NCBI GenBank assembly: GCA_001792345.1
Contig: MGGJ01000009.1
Coordinates: forward strand, 3,711 to 67,710
Reading direction: 5' to 3'
From: Candidatus Woesebacteria bacterium RIFCSPHIGHO2_01_FULL_39_32
GTDB taxonomy: Bacteria > Patescibacteriota > Microgenomatia > UBA8517
DNA length: 64,000 nt
The position numbers and the translations under genes were made by a program. How positions within the stretch are numbered: the first letter of the stretch is position 1; every line of letters begins with the position of its first letter. The notes below the pieces were generated by a model, which was not told the origin of the DNA, did no database searches, and saw nothing but the letters and a program-made list of their open reading frames with translations. Shown piece after piece: positions 36,704 through 46,686 of the stretch.

Positions 36704-37720
36704 TTAAGTAGCAATCGATTCTAATGAGGGAAGCTCAATTTGCCTTCTGGTGAAGTATTCTAACGATTTTTGTAAGAACCCATTAGTATCGAAAGCCCCA
36801 ACTATTATTTGTCCCTGATAACCACCGATTTCTGAAGGACCATAATGGTATCTTAAAATTGTTTCCAGAATTTGAGGTGTGGGAATAACGCCATCTCTGT
36901 CTGCTACTACCCGTGCCCCGAAATGTCTCCTAACAAAATCTGCTGTATCTCTCCTGTGAATATCAAAAACTGCTAGCTCTGGAGTCACTAATCTTCCATT
37001 ATTTCCGCTTGCTAAAACATAAGCCAAAGGCATTGCAGCTATAACATCGGCTGGAGTTGAACGTCTATCTACTCCCAGCGTTGTGGTGATATCAGCTCTT
37101 TGTGCCCAATATCTTGTTATACATACTGCATTTTCTTCTGGAACTTCAAGTACAGTTGTTTCAAAATCTCTATTTATATCAACTAGATTAACTGCCTGGA
37201 AGGTGGGAAGGGTGGAATTATTATCAAAAGCCGAAATGTTTACTAACCTATCCCCACGACCGTGAACAATACGAGTCCCTGCTATAGGCTTTATTCCCTC
37301 TTGAGTTTCGTATTCAACAATGATTAGTAAATCATCAGACGAAAAATCTCCCATAAAAAGCCTGAGAAGTTCCTGTTCCGATTCTAAATCTCCTATCGGA
37401 AAACCTTTACCCATAGTATCTTGATGTACGTAATTCCATGCTAGCTCTTGTATCCATGCTGCTGTTTTTCGAGTCGAATATGCTCCTATTCTCCCCGCTG
37501 TCATTTTCAAACTTCCTAAATTTAAATAAAAAGTTGGTTCTTGCTCTCTTTCGGTGAAATTGTAATAAGGATTCGCTATTGAAAATCCGTCGGATAAATC
37601 AATATGGTAACCTAATAATCCCTCGAGCTCATTATCGGAGTAGAAGGGAGGAGCCGAAAATCCGGCAAACTCTTGTCTTGGTACTGCTTGTCTTAACTCG
37701 GTCTTACGGTCAGTTATCAT
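36704..37720 (-). CDS. Putative GNAT-fold N-acyltransferase (LuxI/FeeM-like)
   Basis: Ordered motifs IAGTRIV...LPTF...VCITRYW...VFDIH...F...FG match the AHL-synthase / N-acyl amino acid synthase layout; directly upstream of the ThiF gene. Confidence 0.55.
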   Translation of the reverse strand: MITDRKTELRQAVPRQEFAGFSAPPFYSDNELEGLLGYHIDLSDGFSIANPYYNFTEREQEPTFYLNLGSLKMTAGRIGAYSTRKTAAWIQELAWNYVHQDTMGKGFPIGDLESEQELLRLFMGDFSSDDLLIIVEYETQEGIKPIAGTRIVHGRGDRLVNISAFDNNSTLPTFQAVNLVDINRDFETTVLEVPEENAVCITRYWAQRADITTTLGVDRRSTPADVIAAMPLAYVLASGNNGRLVTPELAVFDIHRRDTADFVRRHFGARVVADRDGVIPTPQILETILRYHYGPSEIGGYQGQIIVGAFDTNGFLQKSLEYFTRRQIELPSLESIAT

Positions 37721-37912
37721 CACCTATATTTTATATTACTCGAATAAGTAAAATGATTTGTCAGAAGTTTATGAATTTTACACCTATAATGAACTACAAA
37801 TCAAACTCCTGTATTATTCGATAATCTACTTAACATTTCTTTCTCTAAAAAGATATTCCATTAGTATTGTTTTGTAAAAAATCATTGATATTTTATTAAA
37901 CTAGTCATAACA

Positions 37913-38221
37913 TTGGCTGAAATGAGTCCCGAAGCTAGACTTCCGACGCCAGAAGAAGTTCAAAAATTTAAATCCAGTGTCAATTTCAAGAATATCATGG
38001 ATTTAGATCCACACGACCAAACGTTATACCAGCTAATGGTGGAGTCAGAATTCGGTATTGTAACAATACCCTTTCAAGGACAAATCTGTGGACTCCAAGC
38101 ATCCCAGGAGAGAGATCGCCTAACCCTATCATTTCTTGAAGCGGGGATAGCAACTAGCACCTTTATAATTACAGACGTAGAAAGGGATATTGTACTTTTA
38201 GTTGTAGGGTTAAACCGCTAA
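37913..38221 (+). CDS. Hypothetical protein
   Basis: 102 aa ORF; MSPE start (ATG 37922) is plausible. Confidence 0.55.
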   Translation: MAEMSPEARLPTPEEVQKFKSSVNFKNIMDLDPHDQTLYQLMVESEFGIVTIPFQGQICGLQASQERDRLTLSFLEAGIATSTFIITDVERDIVLLVVGLNR

Positions 38222-38288
38222 TTATCTATCCACAGTAATTGGGTCGTCGATTTCACCAGTTGCGGAAGCGTGGAGGGTGAAGTTAAGT

Positions 38289-38669
38289 TCACAGTGGATA
38301 TATTGATATGCCTGGAATTTTTTCGAAGTGCTTTTTGTTGAGAGTTAAGACAGACCCACCTATCTCAAAGGAAGATGCTGCTATAATACAATCTGCAGCT
38401 TCAATATCCTTTGTTTGACTTCTGTAAATTTCGGCAGATCTCTTTGCAATATCCCAGGTCAGCTCTATTTGTTGGAAACACTTCCGAAGTTCTCCAATTT
38501 TTTTCTCCACATCCTTTCTTTGCGAGCTTGAACCTAAAAATAATTCAAACACCACAATGGTTGGCAAAAAAATCTCTGAATCCTCATCTACTTTCTCCTG
38601 AAACTTATTCCACTTATCTCCCCCCCTAAGGTTATCTATTAAGATTGAAGTATCTACAATAATTTTCAT
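38289..38669 (-). CDS. vapC: PIN-domain (VapC-like) toxin
   Basis: VDTSILID, FEL, DCIIAA and TLNKKHF motifs. Confidence 0.92.
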   Translation of the reverse strand: MKIIVDTSILIDNLRGGDKWNKFQEKVDEDSEIFLPTIVVFELFLGSSSQRKDVEKKIGELRKCFQQIELTWDIAKRSAEIYRSQTKDIEAADCIIAASSFEIGGSVLTLNKKHFEKIPGISIYPL

Positions 38670-38935
38670 TAATACTTACTTATTCTGGAGAGCCAAGCCT
38701 TAGATTTCTTTCCCCTAAGGGGACTTTTACTCAAATCAAAGTCTTTCAATATCCCGTGAGCATCGTCCATCACTTTTTTAAGTCCTTCCCAATCAACTTT
38801 ACTTTTTCTGGGAACGATGACAGCAACAAGTTTATTGTTTCTCTCGACTAAAACCTGAGTCCCCATAGAAACTTTTTCCAAAAGTTCGAAAAAGTTATTT
38901 CTGGCATGAGTTGCTGATACCCTTATTGTATTCAC
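38669..38935 (-). CDS. Phd/YefM family antitoxin
   Basis: VSATHARNNFFELLEKV...VAVIVP; stop/start overlap with the PIN gene. Confidence 0.9.
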   Translation of the reverse strand: MNTIRVSATHARNNFFELLEKVSMGTQVLVERNNKLVAVIVPRKSKVDWEGLKKVMDDAHGILKDFDLSKSPLRGKKSKAWLSRISKY

Positions 38936-39004
38936 GCTCCAAATTTAGCATCTAATGTACATCTTGTCAACAGAAATTGGAAGAAAAAATCCGAAAAAGA
39001 GATT

Positions 39005-39532
39005 TTAGGGAGTATAACGAAACGACTGGGCAATTTGATCCAGGTCAGAGTAAAGAGATTCTGATTTGGTTGAAAAAACATAAACTATCTTATCAACGTC
39101 CGAAACGTATATATAATACGCTTTTTTATTTATTCCTCCTCTCACCTCGTTCCTTGACGCTGCTTGGTATCCATTTATAACTAATTCCTTTTTCCCCGAA
39201 GTAGATTTTATCTCGTTCTTGCTGTCAGCATAATCGAGGTACTCTCCCAATGACCCATTCCCAATCGGATCATAATTTCTTATTACCGAAATAATATTTT
39301 CTCCGAGCTTTAAATCAGCAAATGTTGTATCCTCGTCAACAACATAGTTTTCAGGCAATTGAACAGTGAAATCTAACGTCTCAGATTGAAAAGTTTTTAA
39401 CTGTGAACCGATTGGTACTGAACTTTCAGTTAACGAGGTATCATCTTGGGCTTTTTGGAAGCTTAACCAATAAACAAATATTGCAAGGATAATAAAAACA
39501 GTGATTAGTAGGAATATATTTTTTCTTTTCAT
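39005..39532 (-). CDS. Membrane-anchored PsbP-like protein
   Basis: N-terminal TM helix; FTVQLPENY and DQIAQSFRY motifs; ATGA overlap with the M23 gene. Confidence 0.7.
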   Translation of the reverse strand: MKRKNIFLLITVFIILAIFVYWLSFQKAQDDTSLTESSVPIGSQLKTFQSETLDFTVQLPENYVVDEDTTFADLKLGENIISVIRNYDPIGNGSLGEYLDYADSKNEIKSTSGKKELVINGYQAASRNEVRGGINKKAYYIYVSDVDKIVYVFSTKSESLYSDLDQIAQSFRYTP

Positions 39533-42285
39533 TCGTATCCGAATTCCAGATTACCATGATTGGTTTTTATATACAATAAAATAAGTCCCTGTTTTGTTTC
39601 TTTTTGCAACTTTTCACCAGGATTTTTTTTGAAAAGGTAACTTTTATCTTCTTTGGGATTGTAAATTATTGCCAGACGGGTTTCACCTTTATCAAACCAG
39701 CTTTGTAAAATGTGATTAAAGCCTTGAGATTTTTTGTTTAAAGTAAAACTCGCCGAATATAAATTCCTATCGAAGTTGAAAGTTTCGCCATCGTTATATT
39801 GAACAGTCTCGATAGAATAAGTGTCAAGTTTGTCCATTCTCCTGAATTTTCCTTCAAGTTCCAAAGTATTTCCGGATTTATCTTTAATGACTATCGAATC
39901 CGACTTAAATCTTCCTCTGCCTTCTCCAAAAGTTACTTCCGTTTCATTTTCATCAACCCCTGAAACTAATGCGTCTTCCTTTTCAGGACTGAATTCTATT
40001 TTTACTTCGGGAGGAGTCTTATTGATATAGAAAGTAACTGACTTTATTTCTTCGATATTTTCGTCGTTATCAACCGAATAATATTCAATTGTATGCTCTC
40101 CTTCTTCAGTAATAATAAAAGGCTGACTATATTCGCCAAAATAACCATCGTCAACTTTGTAACCAGTGTAATACACACCTGATCCTCCTTCATTATCTTC
40201 TGAGTTAAGAGTTACTTTAACATCGGATCTGAACCAACCGCTTTCTCCTTCGACACCAGTTAATAAAACTTGAGTGTTGGGAGGAATTGTATCAGCCCTT
40301 TCTCCTACTAAAGCAAAGTAGCTTGCATGGTTTAAGTAAGCAGTAGCAATACCATTTTCAAGATCAACATCTGTTTCTTCTTTAACCCAGGTAAGTCCAT
40401 CTTCGCTTGAATAAATTGAAATAGAATCAGCTTTATATTTACTTATATCAAAATCATTAAAATCTATTGTAAGAGTAAAGTTTTCAGGAAAGGTTGTGAT
40501 CGGATTTCCTGTTGCGTCAACTACATTTAAATAAAGGGTTGAACCCAGAGATTCGAAAGATTCAGAAATTGTTACGGTTGGAGAATATTGCATATTAACA
40601 TTAAGTGGGTCGGTGGTTTCATCCTCGGGAAAGGAAAGATTATAGCGCTCAAGTCGAAAATATCCACCGTTGCTTGTCAGTCCCTCTGACAAATTTGCGA
40701 TGGGTTTGGTCCAAAGGTAATAGCTTTTATTGCCTGTCCTATTAACACCCTTATATTCAAAAGCGTAACTTGGCCAAGGGTCTTCCTGACTACTTTGCCA
40801 ACCGAAAGGATCCGTTAAGCCGTCTGGTCTATTGTCATTAAAATTACCGTCTGCGTTTTTATCCTCTATAACGGAAAAGTGAATGTGCGGAGCGCTTGAC
40901 TTACCGGTTGATCCTACTTTGCCTATTACCTCGCCTTTATTTACGAAGCGTGGAGTAGTAAAGCTTTGAGCAATCGGGTCATTATCCTGAAGATGATAGT
41001 ACCTTGTCTGGTACCCATTACCATGGTCGATTACGATTACATTCCCGCAAGCTTTTGTCCCACAAATAGGATTATCATCACTTACTTTGTAAAAAGATGC
41101 TATTCCTAAGGCGGCAGCTAAGACTGGATCGCCATTGTAAACACGGGCTCCTGACCCAAACCAATCATAGCCGTCGTGTTTTGAATAGTTTAAGTCAGAT
41201 CTGAATTTTCCTTGATAATTTGTAAGCGTACCTTGTGCGTATTCCGGTTCACTCAAAACACTTCCCACATCGACAAACGGATACTCATGGTCAAAATATG
41301 ACCCAATTGCAGTTGCCGCTTCAGAAAAACTTAATCCTTTTCCCTCATAATCCCACGGCAAATCCAAAAAAGGCAGCGGAGCTTGTGTAGTTCCTCCCGG
41401 ACATCCGAGAGCAAACAAATTCAAAAAGTAATTTTTAATATTTTGGTCAAGGTTAGAATATGTATAGAGGGCTTCTCCTGAAACTGATAAATACCCTTTA
41501 TCAAATTTCCCTTCCGCCAAAATAGTCCTGTCATATTGACTAGTGTTTACAGAAAGAGGAGAAACAACTCCCGGATCAAGCGAATTTCCAATAAAACAAA
41601 GGTCATCAAATCCTGTAGCCACACTTTGTAAGCTCGAAGTATTTATCGGATTATATGTGTCGTGCCATAATGCACCAATAATTCCGAAGGGTCCTGTTGT
41701 AACTGGAGTTCCAATTGGAATTGAAGAACTACCACAAGACCAAAAATCAATCACTTCTCCGGGTGGAAAAGTGTCGGAAATTCCTAAGGCCGAAAAAAGA
41801 TTATTAAACCTTGACCCATCATATCCTGGCAATCCTAAGCCTTGATGACTAGAATAGCCTCCGCCAGCGATGTAAACTACACCTCCAGATCTGATAAAAG
41901 CTGCAAGTTCGTTAGCTTCCTCGTCAGTCAAATCTGTATCCGAAAGACCTGCAAAAAATACTTCCATTTTCTTTTGACCGTTTGCGACAAGCGACCCCGA
42001 AGTTATATTTGTTACAAAAGGCTCAAGATTAACAGAGCAACTTACACCTCCACCTGCTCCAAAGTTTGATTCATTTAACAACGCATCCCTTAATGGCTGT
42101 GAAGGATCTTCTTCAAAATCATCACTTGGAATAAAACCGACTAAAGGAAAAAAGTTCCTTGGCGAAGCAAAACCAGACACCCGGATGCTGGCTGCTTGAG
42201 CTTTCGCCGGAGTTGAAAGAAGAAGTACCAGGCAGAAAATTGCCGAAAGTAAGGCCTTAAAAATAAAGGTCGGTCTATACTTCAT
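39529..42285 (-). CDS. Large secreted multidomain M23 metallopeptidase
   Basis: Signal peptide; HDGYD, YYHL and PHIHF zinc motifs; GATase-like N-terminal domain; OmpL47-type Ig-like module (PPxT...GWF.SDV...GSGV...GEH). Confidence 0.88.
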   Translation of the reverse strand: MKYRPTFIFKALLSAIFCLVLLLSTPAKAQAASIRVSGFASPRNFFPLVGFIPSDDFEEDPSQPLRDALLNESNFGAGGGVSCSVNLEPFVTNITSGSLVANGQKKMEVFFAGLSDTDLTDEEANELAAFIRSGGVVYIAGGGYSSHQGLGLPGYDGSRFNNLFSALGISDTFPPGEVIDFWSCGSSSIPIGTPVTTGPFGIIGALWHDTYNPINTSSLQSVATGFDDLCFIGNSLDPGVVSPLSVNTSQYDRTILAEGKFDKGYLSVSGEALYTYSNLDQNIKNYFLNLFALGCPGGTTQAPLPFLDLPWDYEGKGLSFSEAATAIGSYFDHEYPFVDVGSVLSEPEYAQGTLTNYQGKFRSDLNYSKHDGYDWFGSGARVYNGDPVLAAALGIASFYKVSDDNPICGTKACGNVIVIDHGNGYQTRYYHLQDNDPIAQSFTTPRFVNKGEVIGKVGSTGKSSAPHIHFSVIEDKNADGNFNDNRPDGLTDPFGWQSSQEDPWPSYAFEYKGVNRTGNKSYYLWTKPIANLSEGLTSNGGYFRLERYNLSFPEDETTDPLNVNMQYSPTVTISESFESLGSTLYLNVVDATGNPITTFPENFTLTIDFNDFDISKYKADSISIYSSEDGLTWVKEETDVDLENGIATAYLNHASYFALVGERADTIPPNTQVLLTGVEGESGWFRSDVKVTLNSEDNEGGSGVYYTGYKVDDGYFGEYSQPFIITEEGEHTIEYYSVDNDENIEEIKSVTFYINKTPPEVKIEFSPEKEDALVSGVDENETEVTFGEGRGRFKSDSIVIKDKSGNTLELEGKFRRMDKLDTYSIETVQYNDGETFNFDRNLYSASFTLNKKSQGFNHILQSWFDKGETRLAIIYNPKEDKSYLFKKNPGEKLQKETKQGLILLYIKTNHGNLEFGYE

Positions 42286-42349
42286 GCCTTTTATTTATTA
42301 AAAAGCTGCTTTTCTAAAAATACAATACCTAAATTTTTCCCAAACCTAT

Positions 42350-42817
42350 TTATCTATCCACCGTGATTGGATCATCTATCTCACCTGTTGCTGAAGTGTG
42401 GAGGCGGCCATTGGCGTCAACATAAATTGTGTAACCGGTATTGCCTGCAGGATCAGTCGCTTGCGGATCTGAGGGCATTTCTACCAGGTAAACAGGGACT
42501 ATCTCGTCTCCAACGTCTCCTGCACCTGCAAGATTAAAACAACCTACATCTATCCCAACGCAGGTGGCAGCTCCCGGAAAGTTACTAGTATCAGGATCTC
42601 CATCCGTATCTGGTAAATCGCCACTGTGTTCAGAAGCATATTGCATAACCGCGGCCAAAATTGCGATGAGATCGGTTTCTCTCTCGGCGTCGCGAGCCTT
42701 TGCGAGCTGTCTACCTGGATTTACGGCTACCACAATAATCGTCGACATTACCCCCATTATTGCAATTACTACCAAAAGTTCAATCAACGTAAAGCCTCTT
42801 TTAATTTTTTCCATCAT
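42350..42817 (-). CDS. Type IV pilin (probable major pilin)
   Basis: RG|FTLIELLVVIAI class III signal; ARDAER and MPSDP motifs. Confidence 0.93.
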   Translation of the reverse strand: MMEKIKRGFTLIELLVVIAIMGVMSTIIVVAVNPGRQLAKARDAERETDLIAILAAVMQYASEHSGDLPDTDGDPDTSNFPGAATCVGIDVGCFNLAGAGDVGDEIVPVYLVEMPSDPQATDPAGNTGYTIYVDANGRLHTSATGEIDDPITVDR

Positions 42818-43050
42818 TTTATCTCCAAGGGTAAAGTTTCTTTAGTAAAAACCCAAGAATATGCCTCCTCTAGCTTTTCTTTATCGATACGCACGTCGCC
42901 ACTTATCTCCCTTTGGTCTATTTCATATGCAGTAATATACGCGGAAAAAAGGCCTCTGAAAGTTAGTATTACCATTACCGAAAGCAATGTCAACGTAACC
43001 ATCAAAACTATATAAAATTTATCGACCTTGTCCCAATTTACAGATATCAT
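42814..43050 (-). CDS. Small bitopic membrane protein in the pilus assembly operon
   Basis: 78 aa, single TM, between the PilO-like gene and the pilin. Confidence 0.65.
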   Translation of the reverse strand: MISVNWDKVDKFYIVLMVTLTLLSVMVILTFRGLFSAYITAYEIDQREISGDVRIDKEKLEEAYSWVFTKETLPLEIK

Positions 43051-43067
43051 GTGTTATAAAAATCGCA

Positions 43068-43817
43068 CTATTGTGCGATTTTTTTATCGTCAACATATAA
43101 AAACAAACCGTATTTAAATACTAACACTCCCGGATCCGTCTCGGAAGGCTCAATACTAATATTTGCAGCTCTAAATAGAAATGGCAGTTTATCGATTTTT
43201 TGTAAATCGCGATCTATTGCTTCCCAAGTTCCAGTTAGCTCGATCACTACCGGAATTCCAAAATTGCCGGTCCTATCTTTAACAGACTGCTGACTCGCGA
43301 ATGCAACTTTTTTAAGAGCCGATTCTTCACTTCTAATTTTTTCTGCTTCATTCACAAAATCAACCAAACCAGATTCTTCCAAAAACAGACCTTGAAGAGT
43401 ATTGGCTTTTTCCAGACTTTTTTCAACTTCCGTAAACTCAAAGGCGACGCTGCTTTCATTCAAAAATTCTTCTGTCCGAAGTTTTCTTAACTCCTCAGCT
43501 TTTTTGGGGAACTGAAAAAGAATGAAAATCAATAAACCAATGGAAATAAGATTTATAATCCCTAAGATAACATCTTTAGAAGATAAAATTGATCTACCTT
43601 CCGAATCTTCCATATCAGACGAATCCTCATCAAAACCGTCTGGAACTTTCACCTTCACATCTTCATTACCTATTTTCTCCGCATCTTTTCTCGGTAGTTT
43701 CTTTTTCTCAGATAAATTTTCTTCGTCGCCTCTTTCGCTTTTAGATTTCGTCGCCGCTTCCTCCTCAGTCTCAGGAGGAAGCTCTTTCATTTGAGTAAGA
43801 TATTTTGTATCTTTCAT
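43068..43817 (-). CDS. PilO-like pilus alignment protein
   Basis: TM plus coiled coil; VIELTGTW...LQKIDKLP ferredoxin-like motif; follows pilMN. Confidence 0.7.
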   Translation of the reverse strand: MKDTKYLTQMKELPPETEEEAATKSKSERGDEENLSEKKKLPRKDAEKIGNEDVKVKVPDGFDEDSSDMEDSEGRSILSSKDVILGIINLISIGLLIFILFQFPKKAEELRKLRTEEFLNESSVAFEFTEVEKSLEKANTLQGLFLEESGLVDFVNEAEKIRSEESALKKVAFASQQSVKDRTGNFGIPVVIELTGTWEAIDRDLQKIDKLPFLFRAANISIEPSETDPGVLVFKYGLFLYVDDKKIAQ

Positions 43818-43822
43818 AGTCT

Positions 43823-45244
43823 TTACTTACCTTTCTTTTTTGTAGGTTCCGGCGGAACGAGAGGTTTATATAAAAAGCTTAACGTAAATTCCAAGTTAAT
43901 CTCTTTTTCAAAACTGGAGATGGGAATAGTAACGCTTGTGTAGTCCGTATTTGTCTCAAGTTTTTGTTTAAAATTAATAAGAGAAGCTCTATCGACAGAT
44001 ATCCCAGTAAGACTTACTTCTCCCCTATCAAGATCAAGATTATAGCCGGATATTGCTATACCCTGAGGCTTCGACATATCGATAGTGTTCAGTATCTTTT
44101 GCGGTAATACCGATATCTTTTTAATGGCAAGAATTTTTTCGGAGATTTTATTTATTGTCTTTATGTTAGAGACTGCTTCTTCGCGTTTTTTGGTAGTTTC
44201 TGCATTTACCTTACTTACCAACTTCAAACTATTAATATTTTGTACCATGAATAGATATGCTCCTAAGGTTATTAAAAATGATATCCAGGTGAATAAAGTA
44301 ATTGTAAGTGTTAAACCCCACACCTGTAACCTGAGCCGTTCTTTCTTATATTTTTCTACTAAAGAAAAGGGTAGAAGATTTAAAGAATTTGGGTCCGAAG
44401 GCTCTGCAGGCTCTGACAATTGCATTGATAATGGAATTAAATATTCCTGAAGTTTCGCTTTTTCAATCCCGGAAACTTCAGGTTGAATCAATAAAAATTG
44501 AAGTTTTAATTGATCTGTCAGTCTAGCAACTAATTCTTCTGTAATTTGCGTTCCCCCTAAAGAGAGTGTCTTTATTTGAACTTCTTTAAAGTGGGTAAGC
44601 ATTTGAGAGCTTGTTTTTATAATTTGCTTGGGGTCGGCACCTTTAATAACCGATGTTCCAACAATTCTTTCTCCTTGAGCGACTACAAGAAGTGCTTCCC
44701 CAAAATTTTTATAAATAATAAGGCTTCCAGAAGAATCTTTTTTAGATAGCCTCACAAGACAAGTCGACGGAGTTTCAACTACAAGCGGAAATAGTCCAGC
44801 TTCCTCACACGCACTAACGTATTGACTAAGAACTTCCTTACTTACAGCTACTATCAAAATTTCATAGCCTTCGGGAGTCTTATCTATTATCTTCCAGTCG
44901 GTAATCGTTTCAGCCTGCGAACTTGGCAGAAATTCCTGAGCTTGCCAATTAACTGCTTCCGCAAGTTCGGAAATAGCAAGTTTTGGAAGTTTAAAAAATT
45001 TAGTGAATGTTGATGCTTCGGGCAAAATAATCCCAATTGCGCGTTCTTTAATGTGAAGTTTTGCCCAAACATTTTCTAAAATCCGGGACAAAGCCGCGCT
45101 ATCTATTATCCTGGCTCCTTCGATAATTCCCTCTGGCAAATCCACCGTCGACTCCCTGATAACTTTTTTCTTACTTGAAGAAAGTTGCAAGATAAGAAGT
45201 TTGTTACTCAAAAAATATATCGATACGAATGATCTTTTGAACAT
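43823..45244 (-). CDS. PilM-PilN fusion protein
   Basis: N-terminal actin-like PilM region (LPEGII.G.I.D, LP, DW). Then NLLP, a TM helix and a PilN domain (P.GI.I...L.G...DR..L..F...L). Confidence 0.82.
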   Translation of the reverse strand: MFKRSFVSIYFLSNKLLILQLSSSKKKVIRESTVDLPEGIIEGARIIDSAALSRILENVWAKLHIKERAIGIILPEASTFTKFFKLPKLAISELAEAVNWQAQEFLPSSQAETITDWKIIDKTPEGYEILIVAVSKEVLSQYVSACEEAGLFPLVVETPSTCLVRLSKKDSSGSLIIYKNFGEALLVVAQGERIVGTSVIKGADPKQIIKTSSQMLTHFKEVQIKTLSLGGTQITEELVARLTDQLKLQFLLIQPEVSGIEKAKLQEYLIPLSMQLSEPAEPSDPNSLNLLPFSLVEKYKKERLRLQVWGLTLTITLFTWISFLITLGAYLFMVQNINSLKLVSKVNAETTKKREEAVSNIKTINKISEKILAIKKISVLPQKILNTIDMSKPQGIAISGYNLDLDRGEVSLTGISVDRASLINFKQKLETNTDYTSVTIPISSFEKEINLEFTLSFLYKPLVPPEPTKKKGK

Positions 45245-45345
45245 GGACAGAATAGTTATTCGTTAGTAGTTCGTTGTTTGGCGTACAGAAAAACAGTGAA
45301 CTCTTTTTTCATTATCCCAAATGTTATACTTAATATCAATTACCT

Positions 45346-46683
45346 ATGCTGCCCCAAAGGGAAAATCAATACGCCAAAGGACAATCGTTAATTGGAATCC
45401 TGGTGAGCTTAGCAATATTTTCAATTCTTTCCCAGGCAATATTTACGGTAGTCTCGACCTCTCTTAATCTGGTATCTTTCAATAGATCTCGTATCACAGC
45501 ACGCCATCTAGCCCAGGAAAAAATCGAGCTAATCAGAAATCTTCCCTATAACGACGTCGGAACAGTTAGTGGAATTCCTGCTGGCCCACTACTTCAAGAA
45601 GAAAATATAGTCAGAAATAAGCTTAGCTATACAGTTAAAACGACGATAATTTATATCGATGATTTCTTTGACAACACGGCACCGAACGACCTTTTGGCAA
45701 CGGACTATAAAAGAGCTCGCGTTGAAGTTTCCTGGCAAGGACTTGCGGGTTCCAGAAACAATCCGGTTGTTATCTTAAGTGATATAGCACCCAAAGGAAT
45801 AGAAACAACAACAGGGGGCGGAACATTATCAATAGTTGTATTTGACGCAGACGGAGATCCTGTCCCCCAGGCAGGTGTAAGTATCGTTGCCCCGGAGACC
45901 GGAGTAAATTTAAATTTACAAACGGGAGATAACGGCAGAGTAATTCTCCCGGGAGCCCCTACATGCATAGCCTGTTATCAAATAACTGTATCAAAAAGTG
46001 GATTTAGCTCTGAGAGAACTTATTCTACCTCCGAAGTTCCAAATCCTATTAAACCTCACCAAACAATTTTAGAAGGTCAACTAACAGAAATAAGTTTTGC
46101 AATAGACACTCTATCAACTTTAGCCATTTCAACTTATAAAGGAAGGGAGAATAACTTCGAGACTTTAGCGAACGCAAGTTTCAATTTTAGAGGCCAAAAG
46201 ACTATAGGAATGGATGCCGGAGGCCAACCTATTTATAAATACGAAGAAGTTTTAACAACCGATGCATCTGGAAATTTGACAGAGGCTTTAGAATGGGATA
46301 ACTATCAGGCAACACCGAGCGCCAGCATTTACAACATTTCCGGTACCAATCCTCTGCAACCCTTAACAATAGTGCCCGGAACTTCCTCATCGTTTAAACT
46401 GGCTTTATCAGCTTTTTCCACTAATAATCTTCTTATCTCATTTGTCAATTCGTCCTCAAATCCAATTGCATCGGTTTCTGCAACTCTGACAGGTCCGGCA
46501 GGATTCGATGAGACAAAATTAAGTGGTGCAACCACAGATCCGGATTTCGGACAGGTATTTTTCTCAAATCTACTAAACCAAGACTATACCCTTTTAGCTA
46601 CAGCATCCGGATACCTTGACTACAATGCAACAATAAGCGTATTAGGTGAAACCCTAGAGCAAGTTAATTTAACAGCACAATAA
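45346..46683 (+). CDS. Minor pilin with carboxypeptidase-regulatory-like Ig repeats
   Basis: KG|QSLIGILV prepilin-like signal; AQEKIELIRNLPY; repeated GTL.I.V.D..G.P..A / Y.ITVSK.GF. Confidence 0.8.
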   Translation: MLPQRENQYAKGQSLIGILVSLAIFSILSQAIFTVVSTSLNLVSFNRSRITARHLAQEKIELIRNLPYNDVGTVSGIPAGPLLQEENIVRNKLSYTVKTTIIYIDDFFDNTAPNDLLATDYKRARVEVSWQGLAGSRNNPVVILSDIAPKGIETTTGGGTLSIVVFDADGDPVPQAGVSIVAPETGVNLNLQTGDNGRVILPGAPTCIACYQITVSKSGFSSERTYSTSEVPNPIKPHQTILEGQLTEISFAIDTLSTLAISTYKGRENNFETLANASFNFRGQKTIGMDAGGQPIYKYEEVLTTDASGNLTEALEWDNYQATPSASIYNISGTNPLQPLTIVPGTSSSFKLALSAFSTNNLLISFVNSSSNPIASVSATLTGPAGFDETKLSGATTDPDFGQVFFSNLLNQDYTLLATASGYLDYNATISVLGETLEQVNLTAQ

Positions 46684-46686
46684 AGT

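Noticed and set aside
38227-38235. DnaA-box-like CTATCCACA
   Set aside because: Single imperfect copy; no cluster or dnaA nearby.
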